Source of the DNA: an uncultured Nitrososphaerota archaeon
Lineage (GTDB): Archaea; Thermoproteota; Nitrososphaeria; Nitrososphaerales; CADDZS01
Direction of reading: 5' to 3'
NCBI GenBank assembly: GCA_963799845.1
Contig: CAWCYI010000008.1
Location: 1 to 64,000, forward strand
DNA length: 64,000 nt
In this document: positions 29,291 through 38,975 of the stretch, piece after piece
How the letters are laid out: every line of letters begins with the position of its first letter
Numbering within the stretch: position 1 is the first letter of the stretch
Translations under genes and position numbers: made by a program
Notes under the pieces: generated by a model
Told to the model about the DNA's origin: nothing
Database searches by the model: none
What the model saw: the letters and a program-made list of their open reading frames with translations, nothing else

Positions 29291-30408
29291 ATTCCAAGGA
29301 CCCTACTGATCAATCCGCCCACGTCCTGGTTTCCAGAGTAAATTATCGATAGATTTCCTATAGTTCGGGGAAATGTATTCTTGTCCTCAATCAAAAGAGA
29401 TGGTTTCCTCGCGATCGCGAGCGCAAGCAACTCTACCTCGAGCTCCTTCAAACCCGTTATGCAAACATCTGAGTCACTCAGGATTTCCGAGGTGGATTCG
29501 ATATCGTTCTTGTCCGACAAGGACATCTGCATGATCGCTTCGCCAAGCTCAGAAAGATCCGATGCTTCTAAACGGGCGACAGCATTTCCTGAATTGAATA
29601 TTAATTTCACTTCACAGCCGAGACCGAAGATGTTTTTTCCAAGTATGCCGGCACCCTCGCAAGCAATGTCCATCCAGGCTAACTCGTCCTGTCCTCGGTC
29701 AGCTATCCTGATCAAGCCTATCGCCAACGAACGCGGAATGTTTGCCTCCCGAACTTTAACGAGGATGCGCTCATCAGGAAGCGAAGCGATCCTCTTCCAG
29801 AATATGTTCTTCCGCTCAACCGAAGGACTGTATTCGTCTATGGAATAAAATTCTTGACCGCTCCCGTGTGTTCGGCCAATCCGTTCGCCAAGAGCGAGCG
29901 TCATTGGCTTCGACGGTCTAATCTCGCTCAAGAGTGACGATGGATAGCAATCTACGATGAAATCTTCTCTAACGAGATTCTTGGTCTTGTTGAATAGACC
30001 GAGTGGATCGACGAATTCAAATTTGACCGTCAGTCCCCGGAATCTTCCCGAATATTTCGGTCTGAATGAAAAAGTAAGCGAATCTGGAACCGACTTGTCT
30101 GCGATCGTTTCAATCCCATCCGGCACTTCTATGGCCGAGACTTCGACTCTGACAAGCCTCTTTCTCTTGTAGTTGACAATAATGCTCTCGGTAGCATCAC
30201 TCCCCTTAAAGCACGTCAGATGCGCCTCACTTAGTTTGACCTGAATGTCACCCGTAGTCGCGGTCCTGAGAATTATTTCAGAAATCCCAGCCGCAATAAA
30301 GAGAGATAGACAAAGCGCCAAAATCAGTCTAACGTCGAAGATCGAAGCGACTATCGCCCCGTACAGAGAGGCTTTCAGGTAGTCCTTGCCTCTTTGAGTC
30401 AACTTCAC
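29287..30408 (-). CDS. DUF58 domain protein
   Basis: DPLGLF, GSGQEFYSIDEY...IFWKR.A...LVK..E; follows MoxR. Confidence 0.85.
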   Translation of the reverse strand: MKLTQRGKDYLKASLYGAIVASIFDVRLILALCLSLFIAAGISEIILRTATTGDIQVKLSEAHLTCFKGSDATESIIVNYKRKRLVRVEVSAIEVPDGIETIADKSVPDSLTFSFRPKYSGRFRGLTVKFEFVDPLGLFNKTKNLVREDFIVDCYPSSLLSEIRPSKPMTLALGERIGRTHGSGQEFYSIDEYSPSVERKNIFWKRIASLPDERILVKVREANIPRSLAIGLIRIADRGQDELAWMDIACEGAGILGKNIFGLGCEVKLIFNSGNAVARLEASDLSELGEAIMQMSLSDKNDIESTSEILSDSDVCITGLKELEVELLALAIARKPSLLIEDKNTFPRTIGNLSIIYSGNQDVGGLISRVLGI

Positions 30409-31340
30409 CTAGGCGGTTTCACTTCATTCAGGACTTGACTTATGATCGTCGAGGTGTCATGGGCAAGACCCTTTAGGGCAGCCGATCTATCCAGCCGCAT
30501 CCTGTGGGCCAGCGTGACACCCGCGAGTTTCTTGATATCGTCCGGGTTAACATATGATTTTCCCTCAAGACAGGCGCTCGCTCTAGACACTTGGATCAAT
30601 TGAACAATTGCTCGGGGACTAGCTCCGAGATTCACCCTTTTGTCGACCCGAGTTTCCTGCGCAAGCCTAGTGACATAATCAAGAATTTCGTCAGAAACTG
30701 TCACCGAATCCACGAGCTTGAAATATTCCATGAGTTCCGTGATGCTAACAACAGAGTTTACTTCATCGAGGTTCAAATCCGTGAGATTTCTCTTTAGAAT
30801 TTGAACTTCCACATCTTGTTTCGGGTATGCGAACTCTACTCGCAACATGAATCGGTCCATCTCACTTTCGGGAAGAGGGTATACTCCCTCGAAATCGAGC
30901 GGGTTTTGAGTCGCGATTACCATGAAGGGAAACGGGAGTCTCGATGTTTGACCCTCAACAGTTACCTGCAGCTCTTGCATGGATTCAAGAAGTGCGCTTT
31001 GAACCTTCGGAGCAGCGCGGTTGATCTCGTCAGCTAGTAATAGGTTGGTGAAAACCGGTCCTTCTTTGAACTCAAATTCACGAGTCTTCATGTTGAAAAT
31101 AAAGCCACCAACGATGTCCAAGGGAAGCATATCAGGGGTGAATTGTACTCTCCTGAATCTAAGGCCAAGACACTTTGCAAATGATTTTGCAAGCAAAGTT
31201 TTCGAGGTCCCAGGAACTCCTTCGAGCAATACGTGACCCCGAGCAAGAAGACTAGTCAGTAAAAGAGTCGTTTCGTATTCTCTGCCGACGACAATCTTAG
31301 AAACTTCGTCGAGAACATTTTTCTTAAGAGACTCTAGCAA
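30405..31340 (-). CDS. moxR: MoxR-family AAA+ ATPase
   Basis: HVLLEGVPGTSKT, RVQFTPDMLP.DI, LADEINRA.PKVQSALLE.MQE, ATQNP. Confidence 0.95.
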   Translation of the reverse strand: MLESLKKNVLDEVSKIVVGREYETTLLLTSLLARGHVLLEGVPGTSKTLLAKSFAKCLGLRFRRVQFTPDMLPLDIVGGFIFNMKTREFEFKEGPVFTNLLLADEINRAAPKVQSALLESMQELQVTVEGQTSRLPFPFMVIATQNPLDFEGVYPLPESEMDRFMLRVEFAYPKQDVEVQILKRNLTDLNLDEVNSVVSITELMEYFKLVDSVTVSDEILDYVTRLAQETRVDKRVNLGASPRAIVQLIQVSRASACLEGKSYVNPDDIKKLAGVTLAHRMRLDRSAALKGLAHDTSTIISQVLNEVKPPR

Positions 31341-31704
31341 TTTCCCCTCCCCTGGGCAAGCTCGAAGCTAGTCGCAAGATTGCATCGACATTTGCGTTCT
31401 TATATTGGATTCCGCCGTATCTGAAATCTTCATACTTTTTGAAAGTGCTTTCAATGTCAAGCCAGTCTAATTGTAGATTGAGCATTTTCAATTTGCTAAT
31501 AACCTCGTTCCAAGTGAACCCTGCGGGAAGATCCGGGAAAGCGCGGTTCAAAGAAATTTCGAGGTATCTGAATGCCTCCTCCACCGTAGGATTTTTCGGC
31601 GGACTATCTTTCCTATTCCTGATGATGCCAATCGCCAGCATTACGTAAACCCCGATATTCAAGACGATAAGAACATAGAGAAAGAGGAGATCACTGGATG
31701 GCAT
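31324..31704 (-). CDS. Small TM-anchored protein (DUF4129-like)
   Basis: N-terminal TM, G.TW.E and YE..RYG motifs; in MoxR operon. Confidence 0.6.
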   Translation of the reverse strand: MPSSDLLFLYVLIVLNIGVYVMLAIGIIRNRKDSPPKNPTVEEAFRYLEISLNRAFPDLPAGFTWNEVISKLKMLNLQLDWLDIESTFKKYEDFRYGGIQYKNANVDAILRLASSLPRGGEIARVS

Positions 31705-32503
31705 TGGATTCCACCGTATACACAGTGTGAAGGGTCAGAATGCTCATCGTTCGTATGCTGCTTATATCCACCGGATTTTTGACCTGAATTTGAAGCCACT
31801 GTGAATCGTTTGTTGAACTAGCCGTGCTGAGAGTGACTGGGGTGAGCCCAGCTTGATCAATGTTACTAATCGGAGTCGTTGGAGAGTCAACCGTATCGAG
31901 GAAAATGATTTGGTTCTGTGACGTGATCGATCGGTTTGTTCCGACGAGGGCGTATATTTGCCCCCAACCAACAGCAAACCCAGAAAAATCTGGGTCTGCG
32001 ATGTTGAAAGACTGGATAGAATAAGAGGAAGCATTCACTGTGACATTGAGATCTGTAATATTATCGCTGCTAATCTGCACTGATACTGATAGATTGTCCA
32101 GACGCCAATCGAAAAACTTTACCGTATATGAATTCGGCGCCAAGCTTTCTTGGATTTGACCGCTAGTATCTGTGAAGTTCGTTATTGTCGGTGACGTAAC
32201 GGCATTAAGATAAACTGAAACAAGTATTCCGGAGAGCGCCCCTCTCTCTGGATTCCTTACGCGAGTTCCGGAGTTAAAATGAGCGGATTCAGGAGCCACT
32301 ATGGTTTGATTCGAATGTACAGTCACGCTCAGGACCCCGTCAGGAACTCTGACTGGAGTAGGCAATTCCGACATCACGTTGCCAACAGCGGACCCCACTG
32401 GCCAGGCAAGGGAATTCAAGGCAACAATTAGGAAAAAAGCAATAAGCGCGATCCCGAGAACTGCGATCAAGCTAGCGAGCTGGGATTTTCTTGATTCCCG
32501 CAT
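31691..32503 (-). CDS. Secreted/anchored beta-rich protein
   Basis: Signal helix, TD.SG....L.P.SYTV carboxypeptidase-regulatory-like motif. Confidence 0.65.
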   Translation of the reverse strand: MRESRKSQLASLIAVLGIALIAFFLIVALNSLAWPVGSAVGNVMSELPTPVRVPDGVLSVTVHSNQTIVAPESAHFNSGTRVRNPERGALSGILVSVYLNAVTSPTITNFTDTSGQIQESLAPNSYTVKFFDWRLDNLSVSVQISSDNITDLNVTVNASSYSIQSFNIADPDFSGFAVGWGQIYALVGTNRSITSQNQIIFLDTVDSPTTPISNIDQAGLTPVTLSTASSTNDSQWLQIQVKNPVDISSIRTMSILTLHTVYTVESNAIQ

Positions 32504-32691
32504 TTAGTATGACCAAAATCTCTACGGGAATCGCAATTACGCGAACATGAGATTTAAGAATTTAGTATCTCAAAAACAGAATATGTGGCACGAGTTTCTC
32601 ATTTACAACGGGATTGTGTGCGACGAAGGAAAATGGCCCTTGAACCTAGTCAGTCTCGGTGAGCCGAAGAAAGTAGGATGAGATATCAATA

Positions 32692-33072
32692 TTGAAATTT
32701 GGAACTCTTCTGACCATCATCTTGGTCATCTTGGCAACAGCCTCAGTATTGCTCATCGTATTAGGGCAAGTTCAGCAGAGCCGTGAAGAGTATCAGTCAA
32801 TAAAGTATTCATTTACACGAATTGCGCTTGGATATGACTACAGCTGCGACGAGAACGTTTTCGGCCTCTCGGTAGATCTTTCTAATAATGGGGACAAACT
32901 TGTCCAAAACTTGAATGTCAGTGTCACAAACGGACTTTGCGTGGGTAGCGTCCCTCCCCTACCCGGTTCTTTGTCTCCGGGTCAATCGATTCAGTTCTAC
33001 GTTTACACCTCTACTCCGAATGGAACTATTTCGGTAACCGGAAATAACACTGATCTTTTTATTCATTTTTGA
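32692..33072 (+). CDS. Small secreted Ig-like protein
   Basis: N-terminal TM, L.N.G and L.PGQS motifs. Confidence 0.6.
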   Translation: MKFGTLLTIILVILATASVLLIVLGQVQQSREEYQSIKYSFTRIALGYDYSCDENVFGLSVDLSNNGDKLVQNLNVSVTNGLCVGSVPPLPGSLSPGQSIQFYVYTSTPNGTISVTGNNTDLFIHF

Positions 33073-33190
33073 AAATTTAGAGTACTTTTACTTTCTCCCA
33101 TTCGACTTGAGAACCAAATGACTGAAAATCGTTAAGTAAAGATCAGTTTCTTGGTAAGTAGACATTCAACTGCAGGAGATTGCTCAAAGA

Positions 33191-34267
33191 TTGACGCTCG
33201 ATGGGATTGGTCAAGGGGACACTGAAACTACTAGTATGGGCGATCAGTCTTCCCAAAAATCTCATGGTCGATTGAGAATATTCTATTCCCTTCCATTTTT
33301 TGGTTTAATTCTCTTCATTTTCGTCACGACTTTTCCCCCTTTCGAGGTGACAACCGAAGTCAATTTGGGTGTCCACATGCTTCAGCACGTGATCATCGCA
33401 ATTTCTGGGGTCATGATCGGTTATCCCTTGTACAAGAGCGGGAGGATTGATCGGTTCAAAAGTACCAGATTTGGCGTAGCGGGAATACTTGTCGTTGCCT
33501 CTTTGCTAATATTTTGGCACCTCCCTCCTTTTTGGGACGGGGCGGTCGAGAATTTGTACGTCCATGTAGTCGAACATGTTTGCTTTCTTGTGGTAGGAGT
33601 GTTAATTGGAATTTGTATACCTATGATACCTGATAATTTCAAGATGATTGTGCTTGCCCTAACTATTTCAGCACACATGTTTTACGGATTCTCACTTTAC
33701 CTGATCAGCACGCCCGTTTACCCGTTGTATTCGGTCGCTCAACAACAGACCCTAGGAATCGCGCTGTTTGCTCCCGCCCCGGCCTACTTCGTCGGTTATC
33801 TATATCTCACTCTGACCAGGGAGAACCGAAAACTGGAAGCGCTTGAATTCGGTTCGAAAGTTGTTGAACCTCGAGGCAGGTCGCTCCGGAAGTTGATTAT
33901 TCCGTCGTTGTCGATTGCAATGATAATCGCCCTCATCGCTTATTTTTCGATAACCGGGCTGATCATAGTGACCGCGCACAATCCTGTGGGCACAAACATT
34001 TCAGTGATCTACATTGAGGAAAGCCCGGTAAACTGGCAGTACTCTCCCCAAGTAATACAAGTTGTTATTGGAGTGAATAACACAGTGGAATGGGACAGCC
34101 ACTCATTTACTTTTGACACTGTAACTAGTAGTACGGGGCTCTTCGGGTCAGGCTCGTTGGCTCCGGGAAGTACCTTTTCGTACACATTCACCCAACCCGG
34201 AACTTACAATTATTATTGCCAGTACCATCTTTGGATGCACGGTACGATTATCGTGAAGAATTCCTAA
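33191..34267 (+). CDS. CtaG/DUF1404-like membrane domain fused to a cupredoxin domain
   Basis: HMLQH, FWH.P, H.VEH in TM part; F..PGTY.YYCQYHLWM.G.I.V at the C-terminus. Confidence 0.82.
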   Translation: MTLDGIGQGDTETTSMGDQSSQKSHGRLRIFYSLPFFGLILFIFVTTFPPFEVTTEVNLGVHMLQHVIIAISGVMIGYPLYKSGRIDRFKSTRFGVAGILVVASLLIFWHLPPFWDGAVENLYVHVVEHVCFLVVGVLIGICIPMIPDNFKMIVLALTISAHMFYGFSLYLISTPVYPLYSVAQQQTLGIALFAPAPAYFVGYLYLTLTRENRKLEALEFGSKVVEPRGRSLRKLIIPSLSIAMIIALIAYFSITGLIIVTAHNPVGTNISVIYIEESPVNWQYSPQVIQVVIGVNNTVEWDSHSFTFDTVTSSTGLFGSGSLAPGSTFSYTFTQPGTYNYYCQYHLWMHGTIIVKNS

Positions 34268-34283
34268 AGACTAAAAATAAGTG

Positions 34284-34615
34284 CTATTTTGAGAATGAGG
34301 GGAGAATTTCTTTCCCGACAAATTCCACCTGTTGTATGTCGTAATTGCTGGGAATAAAGACCAGTTCTTGAATTCCTATTTCTTCAAACTTCTTCGCTTG
34401 GGAAATGCAATCTGCAATCGTCCCCCTAATTGATGAATCAGGGGTGCGTCGAGTGTTCTTTGGAAGGTCCATGTACCGAGCTGTAAAATCCCTTGAAGTC
34501 TTATCTCCCTCGTCTAACGAGTTCGCAATCGCCAGCGGAACAATGCTAACCGCCGCGAGCTTTTGAACTTCCCTTCGACTTTCCCAGACTTTTTGACTAA
34601 TAAAGTGAAAAGTGG
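34284..34615 (-). pseudogene. C-terminal fragment of LLM-class flavin oxidoreductase
   Basis: IRGT..DC......F...GI..LVF.P......QVE..GKEILP.F is typical of LLM C-termini; N-terminal part missing. Confidence 0.6.
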
Positions 34616-35071
34616 CTATTGCAGACCCCAAGTGATTACCTTCTCGATTGAAATTCGTATTATTGGCAATTCACCGGGCATCCAGCTTTTCTCGGCTTTG
34701 TAATCCGGATACTTATTTCGGAGCAAGCGATACATGTTCAGATAAGTCCTTCCTTCGAAGAAAATAGATGCTCGCCCGTTGACTATTACAGCCTTTTCAC
34801 TGGTATGATCAGTCCGTTTTCCGTGAAACCAGTCCGCGTCGAATTCATCAACAACCAGACTTACGCTATTGTTATTCAAAATGTCCTTGAACTTCAGGGT
34901 GGTTTTTTCTGTAGCGAAAAAAACCGATGCCCCATTGCACGCAAAATAAATTGGGGAAACGTGGGGAATAGCTTCAGACGAACACGTCGCTATCCTCGCG
35001 ATATAATTCATTGAAAGGAACTTTAGAGCATTAGACGGAATCCTACTTGGAAAAGTAGCGTCACGTGACAT
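34616..35071 (-). CDS. Pyridoxamine 5'-phosphate oxidase-family protein
   Basis: ARIAT.....PHVSP, K..DI..N..VSLVVD, L..KYP.Y, ITWG. Confidence 0.85.
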   Translation of the reverse strand: MSRDATFPSRIPSNALKFLSMNYIARIATCSSEAIPHVSPIYFACNGASVFFATEKTTLKFKDILNNNSVSLVVDEFDADWFHGKRTDHTSEKAVIVNGRASIFFEGRTYLNMYRLLRNKYPDYKAEKSWMPGELPIIRISIEKVITWGLQ

Positions 35072-35171
35072 AATAACTGATTACTTACCTTCCTGACCCG
35101 CTGACACAAGATTCGAATTGTAAAAGACTGGCGTAATCGCGAATTGATCCTTCATTTTGACTGGCGATCTT

Positions 35172-35870
35172 TTATCGTTGCAACTTCGACGGCGAGCCAG
35201 TCAAACTCGAACCGGCATTTTTTTTCTGCGATTTGAAATACATACATTTTCTAGACAGAACGCATCTGAAGCATTCTGGATTTCTTGCAAAGCACACTGA
35301 GCGCCCGTGCAAAATCAGGAGAATAGTGAGTCGTGGCCATTCACTTTTTGGAGTAATCTTCATCAGATCTTGTTCTATTTTTTCTGGCGTGTTTTCCGCC
35401 GTCAGACCAATTCGCCTTGACAACCTGGAGACATGAGTGTCAACCGCAATTCCTTCGATCTTGTCGAACCCTGCGCTCAAGACAACGTTTGCAGTCTTTC
35501 TTCCGACGCCAGGTAGAGTTAGTAGTTCCTCCATGCTTTCTGGAATCTTCCCGCCGAACTTGTCTGTCAGTGTCTTCGAAATCTCCTTGATCCTTCTCGC
35601 TTTAACGTGGAAGAAGCCTGTCGATTTTACAATCCTCTCCAATGTCCGAATAGGGGCCCTCGACATCGAATCGGGTGTCGGATATTCTCCGAATAACACC
35701 GGAGTCACTTTATTCACCTGTGCGTCAGTGGATTGAGCGGACAGCACGGTTGCGATCAGAAGTTGAAATGCGTCATGATGGCGGAGTGGAGTTCTGATCT
35801 TGGGGTACAGAGGATCTAGTTCTTGAATCACCTCTGCCCCGCTCATAGCTGGAATTGAGAAATCAACCAT
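35172..35870 (-). CDS. nth: Endonuclease III
   Basis: LIATVLSAQSTD, LPGVGRKTANVV, AVDTHV, C-x6-C-x2-C-x5-C. Confidence 0.95.
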   Translation of the reverse strand: MVDFSIPAMSGAEVIQELDPLYPKIRTPLRHHDAFQLLIATVLSAQSTDAQVNKVTPVLFGEYPTPDSMSRAPIRTLERIVKSTGFFHVKARRIKEISKTLTDKFGGKIPESMEELLTLPGVGRKTANVVLSAGFDKIEGIAVDTHVSRLSRRIGLTAENTPEKIEQDLMKITPKSEWPRLTILLILHGRSVCFARNPECFRCVLSRKCMYFKSQKKNAGSSLTGSPSKLQR

Positions 35871-35951
35871 CCATGTTGGTATACCCCTTTTTCCCTAAAA
35901 GCCTTATTTGCCTGGCCGGATAATAGAGATGGTTTAAGGCGATATTTTCTC

Positions 35952-37010
35952 TTGAAGGAAGCTGAGCTCTATCATCCCCTAGCGGGAGGAAAAGTAAAAT
36001 GCACCGCGTGCGCGAGATACTGCCAGCTCGGCGAAGGTCAGATCGGGCTATGCGGGATAAGACAGAATCTTGATGGAAAACTCCAGCTACTCGCGTATGG
36101 TAAGTTGTTCACCGGGCATATTGACCCAATCGAAAAAAAGCCCGTGACTCACTATAGGCCTGGCACTAAGATCTTTTCGGTCGCGACGAGCGGCTGTAAT
36201 TGGCTCTGCCGCTACTGTCAGAATTACGAGATCTCGCAGAGACGAAAGATCGAGGGAATGGATATCGAACCATCGGAAGTCTCTAAGCTTGCCGTAGCTC
36301 AGGAGTGCCAGGGCATTGCCTACACTTACAACGAACCCACGATTTTTGCTGAATATGCAAGGGACATAGGTCTCGCTGCGCACGAGCGGGGGCTGTTCAA
36401 TATTTTTGTATCGAACGGTTTTGCGACTCCAGAAACTGTGACTGTATTGAGTCAATTCTTGGATTGCATAACTGTAGATTTCAAGGGCAGCGGAGAAACA
36501 AACTTCGTTAGAAAATACATTGGAATACCTAGCTCCGGGCCAATTTTTGAAACCCTCACCGAGATCAAAAACAGAACAAAAATTCATGTCGAGATAACTG
36601 ACCTCATTGTCCCCGGCGTTGGGGATAATCTTGAGCAGGCTCGGAAATTGGCGAAGTGGGTCTATGATAATCTCGGACCGATGACCCCAATCCATTTTCT
36701 GCGTTTTCATCCCGATTACAAGATGATGGAATTTCCGGTTACTCCGATCAAAACGCTGGAGGCACATCATAGGATTGCGAAAGAAGTGGGGCTTGAATAC
36801 GTGTATCTGGGTAATGTTCCGGGGCATCATCTGGAACACACGTATTGTCACGGTTGCAAGAAAATAGTGGTTAGGCGGTACGGTTTCGATATCACGGGTT
36901 GGTACCTCGATGACGAAAACAGGTGCAAATTTTGTGGAACGCAAATTCCCATAGAAGGCAAGTTATCTGCATTTGTTTCTGAACCCCGATACATGCCGGC
37001 CTATTTCTGA
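35952..37010 (+). CDS. amrS: AmmeMemoRadiSam system radical SAM enzyme
   Basis: C..C..YC....G..G.CG.R, DPIEKKP, GCNWLCRYCQN..ISQ, YTYNEP, RFHP.YK. Confidence 0.92.
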   Translation: MKEAELYHPLAGGKVKCTACARYCQLGEGQIGLCGIRQNLDGKLQLLAYGKLFTGHIDPIEKKPVTHYRPGTKIFSVATSGCNWLCRYCQNYEISQRRKIEGMDIEPSEVSKLAVAQECQGIAYTYNEPTIFAEYARDIGLAAHERGLFNIFVSNGFATPETVTVLSQFLDCITVDFKGSGETNFVRKYIGIPSSGPIFETLTEIKNRTKIHVEITDLIVPGVGDNLEQARKLAKWVYDNLGPMTPIHFLRFHPDYKMMEFPVTPIKTLEAHHRIAKEVGLEYVYLGNVPGHHLEHTYCHGCKKIVVRRYGFDITGWYLDDENRCKFCGTQIPIEGKLSAFVSEPRYMPAYF

Positions 37011-37031
37011 TCACGGGTCGACCAAAATTCG

Positions 37032-37805
37032 TTGATGAAAATCCAACTTGTCGAAATTGATCAACCCGAGCTTCGAAGACCCATCATGATTTCCGGTCTA
37101 CCGGGATCTGCATTTGTCGGAAAGTTTGCAATCGATCACGTCGTCGCCGATCTGTCGGCGAAACCACTTGCTGAATTATACACCGATGCTTTCCCACCGC
37201 AGATTCTGATCAAGGAAGACGGTTCAGCATCACTACTCAGAAACGATCTCTACTATTCGAAAAGTAGTGATGGAGAACATGATGCGATTTTCTTCACCGG
37301 AGACGCCCAGCCCTCCTCTTCCGAATCTGAGTACTCTCTATCAGAATATCTGATCGAATTTGCAAGACGCAAGTACAAGGTCCGGCTCCTCGTAACTCTT
37401 GGGGCATACGTGACGGGGACTTTCTCCCGCGATCCCAAAGTGTACGCGACAGGAACGCGATTGGAGCTGACAAAAAGACTTGAAGCTGCTGGATGCGTCA
37501 TCATGCGAGAGGGGGCGATAACTGGAATGAACGGCCTTTTGCTCGGAATGGCGAGGCTGAAGGGGCTGGAAGGCTACTCGCTTCTGGGGGAAACGACAGA
37601 TTATTCATTTGATCCGCGGGCGTCTGAAATCGTTTTGGAAGCTCTGTCAAAAATTACTGGCATCAAAGTTGACTTGAAGACACTCCGCCAAAAAGGAAAG
37701 GATGCTCTTGAGACTTTGAGAAAGATTGAGCAGCTAAATGACGAACAAAGATTGGAAGGAACAGATGACCAAAGTTCTAGGAAGAAGTTAGATTACATCA
37801 GCTAG
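37032..37805 (+). CDS. PAC2-family proteasome assembly chaperone
   Basis: GLPG...VGK.A.DH, FPPQ, GDAQP, ITGMNGLLLG, LGET....DP; ends DYIS. Confidence 0.88.
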   Translation: MMKIQLVEIDQPELRRPIMISGLPGSAFVGKFAIDHVVADLSAKPLAELYTDAFPPQILIKEDGSASLLRNDLYYSKSSDGEHDAIFFTGDAQPSSSESEYSLSEYLIEFARRKYKVRLLVTLGAYVTGTFSRDPKVYATGTRLELTKRLEAAGCVIMREGAITGMNGLLLGMARLKGLEGYSLLGETTDYSFDPRASEIVLEALSKITGIKVDLKTLRQKGKDALETLRKIEQLNDEQRLEGTDDQSSRKKLDYIS

Positions 37806-38917
37806 TGCCGTGTCCATAAAGGTCGTCTGTGTTTTCTGCGACCATCTCTCCTCTGAGTGTCTCTGAACATTTTGCCTCTTGCCTTCCTTTCCGAGTTTCT
37901 GTAGCTCACCGCATCAAGGAATGCTCTTCTAACTTCATCCCAGCTCCTGTAATCTGTTCCGCTCATTGCAAGCTTCTGGATATCGCCAGTGTGGCACTCG
38001 ACAGGATTCATCCAGCTTGCATTCGTGGCAGTGGGAACGAGTGCTGTATTGGTGGAATGAGCCCATCTTCGAATGTCAGCAGTCCAGTGAGCTGGGAGAC
38101 CGTCCTGTATCATGTACACCCTTTCGTCAACAGGATAATTCGATCTTTGATTCTTCAGAAACTCTAGCCATGGCTCTCCTCCCTTGTGATCATACTGCTT
38201 GATAGCGAGCTGTTGGTGGTAGACGTTGAGGCAAACGTACTCGAATCTCACACCTCCAAACTTGTTGTATGTTGCAGGAATCCTTTTCGGATTTGTCTCC
38301 TCAAACCATCCTCTTCCTCCGTGAGGAACGAGATTGAATGGACCCATCTCATCCAGGCTAAGTACCACGGGAGGATTCGATTTCTTTCGCGTCAATCGCT
38401 CTATGCGAATTTTCTTTTTCTCAAATTCAGGATCTTTTGATTCCTTCCACGTCTTCACGCTCTGAAATGATATTTCTGACTCATCCAGTATTATTCGAAG
38501 CCACTCCTTGCTAATCGAATCGACAATTCCTCTCTTCTCAGCTTCACTTTTCAGACGACGCAAGCTCCACTGCTGGAAAGGTAATCCGAGATTCTTCGGT
38601 TGGCTTGTTGCAAGAGAGACGAGCTTTGTCTTCTGTTCAGGAGTGAATTTCCTGTTTCCTCCAGGCTTCCAATGAGGCTTGAGCATCTCCAGCCCTTCCT
38701 CGTTGAAAGATTTGATCAACGACCTAACATAATCCTGACTCATCATCACAATCTCTCCTATCTTTGGAGGAGTGAATCCCTGAGCGCTAGAAAGTACGAC
38801 CTGAGCTCTTCTCATCTCTATTGGATCCTTGCCATAACGTCCTATCTGTCTGAGCTTGTTCCCCTCCTCATTCGTTATGCTGCGAACATGGACTACCATG
38901 TTGCAGGACGAGCACAA
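37802..38917 (-). CDS. IS630 transposase
   Basis: HTH domains plus DDE triad (SLDEMGP, IQDGLPAH, SWMNPVE); single uninterrupted ORF. Confidence 0.93.
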   Translation of the reverse strand: MCSSCNMVVHVRSITNEEGNKLRQIGRYGKDPIEMRRAQVVLSSAQGFTPPKIGEIVMMSQDYVRSLIKSFNEEGLEMLKPHWKPGGNRKFTPEQKTKLVSLATSQPKNLGLPFQQWSLRRLKSEAEKRGIVDSISKEWLRIILDESEISFQSVKTWKESKDPEFEKKKIRIERLTRKKSNPPVVLSLDEMGPFNLVPHGGRGWFEETNPKRIPATYNKFGGVRFEYVCLNVYHQQLAIKQYDHKGGEPWLEFLKNQRSNYPVDERVYMIQDGLPAHWTADIRRWAHSTNTALVPTATNASWMNPVECHTGDIQKLAMSGTDYRSWDEVRRAFLDAVSYRNSERKARGKMFRDTQRRDGRRKHRRPLWTRH

Positions 38918-38975
38918 GGCGTGGCCTTAAAGCTTCATATAAAAATTAGAACAACCTATCTGGCCACGGCACTAG
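37802..38975 (-). mobile_element. IS630-family insertion sequence, copy 2 (intact)
   Basis: Inverted repeats CTAGTGCCGTGTCCATA / TATCTGGCCACGGCACTAG; CTAG at both ends. Confidence 0.95.

Noticed and set aside
36087-36944. Long antisense ORFs (also 16359-17111, 46035-46706 and 10996-11580 in an alternative frame)
   Set aside because: Overlap well-supported genes and lack recognisable motifs
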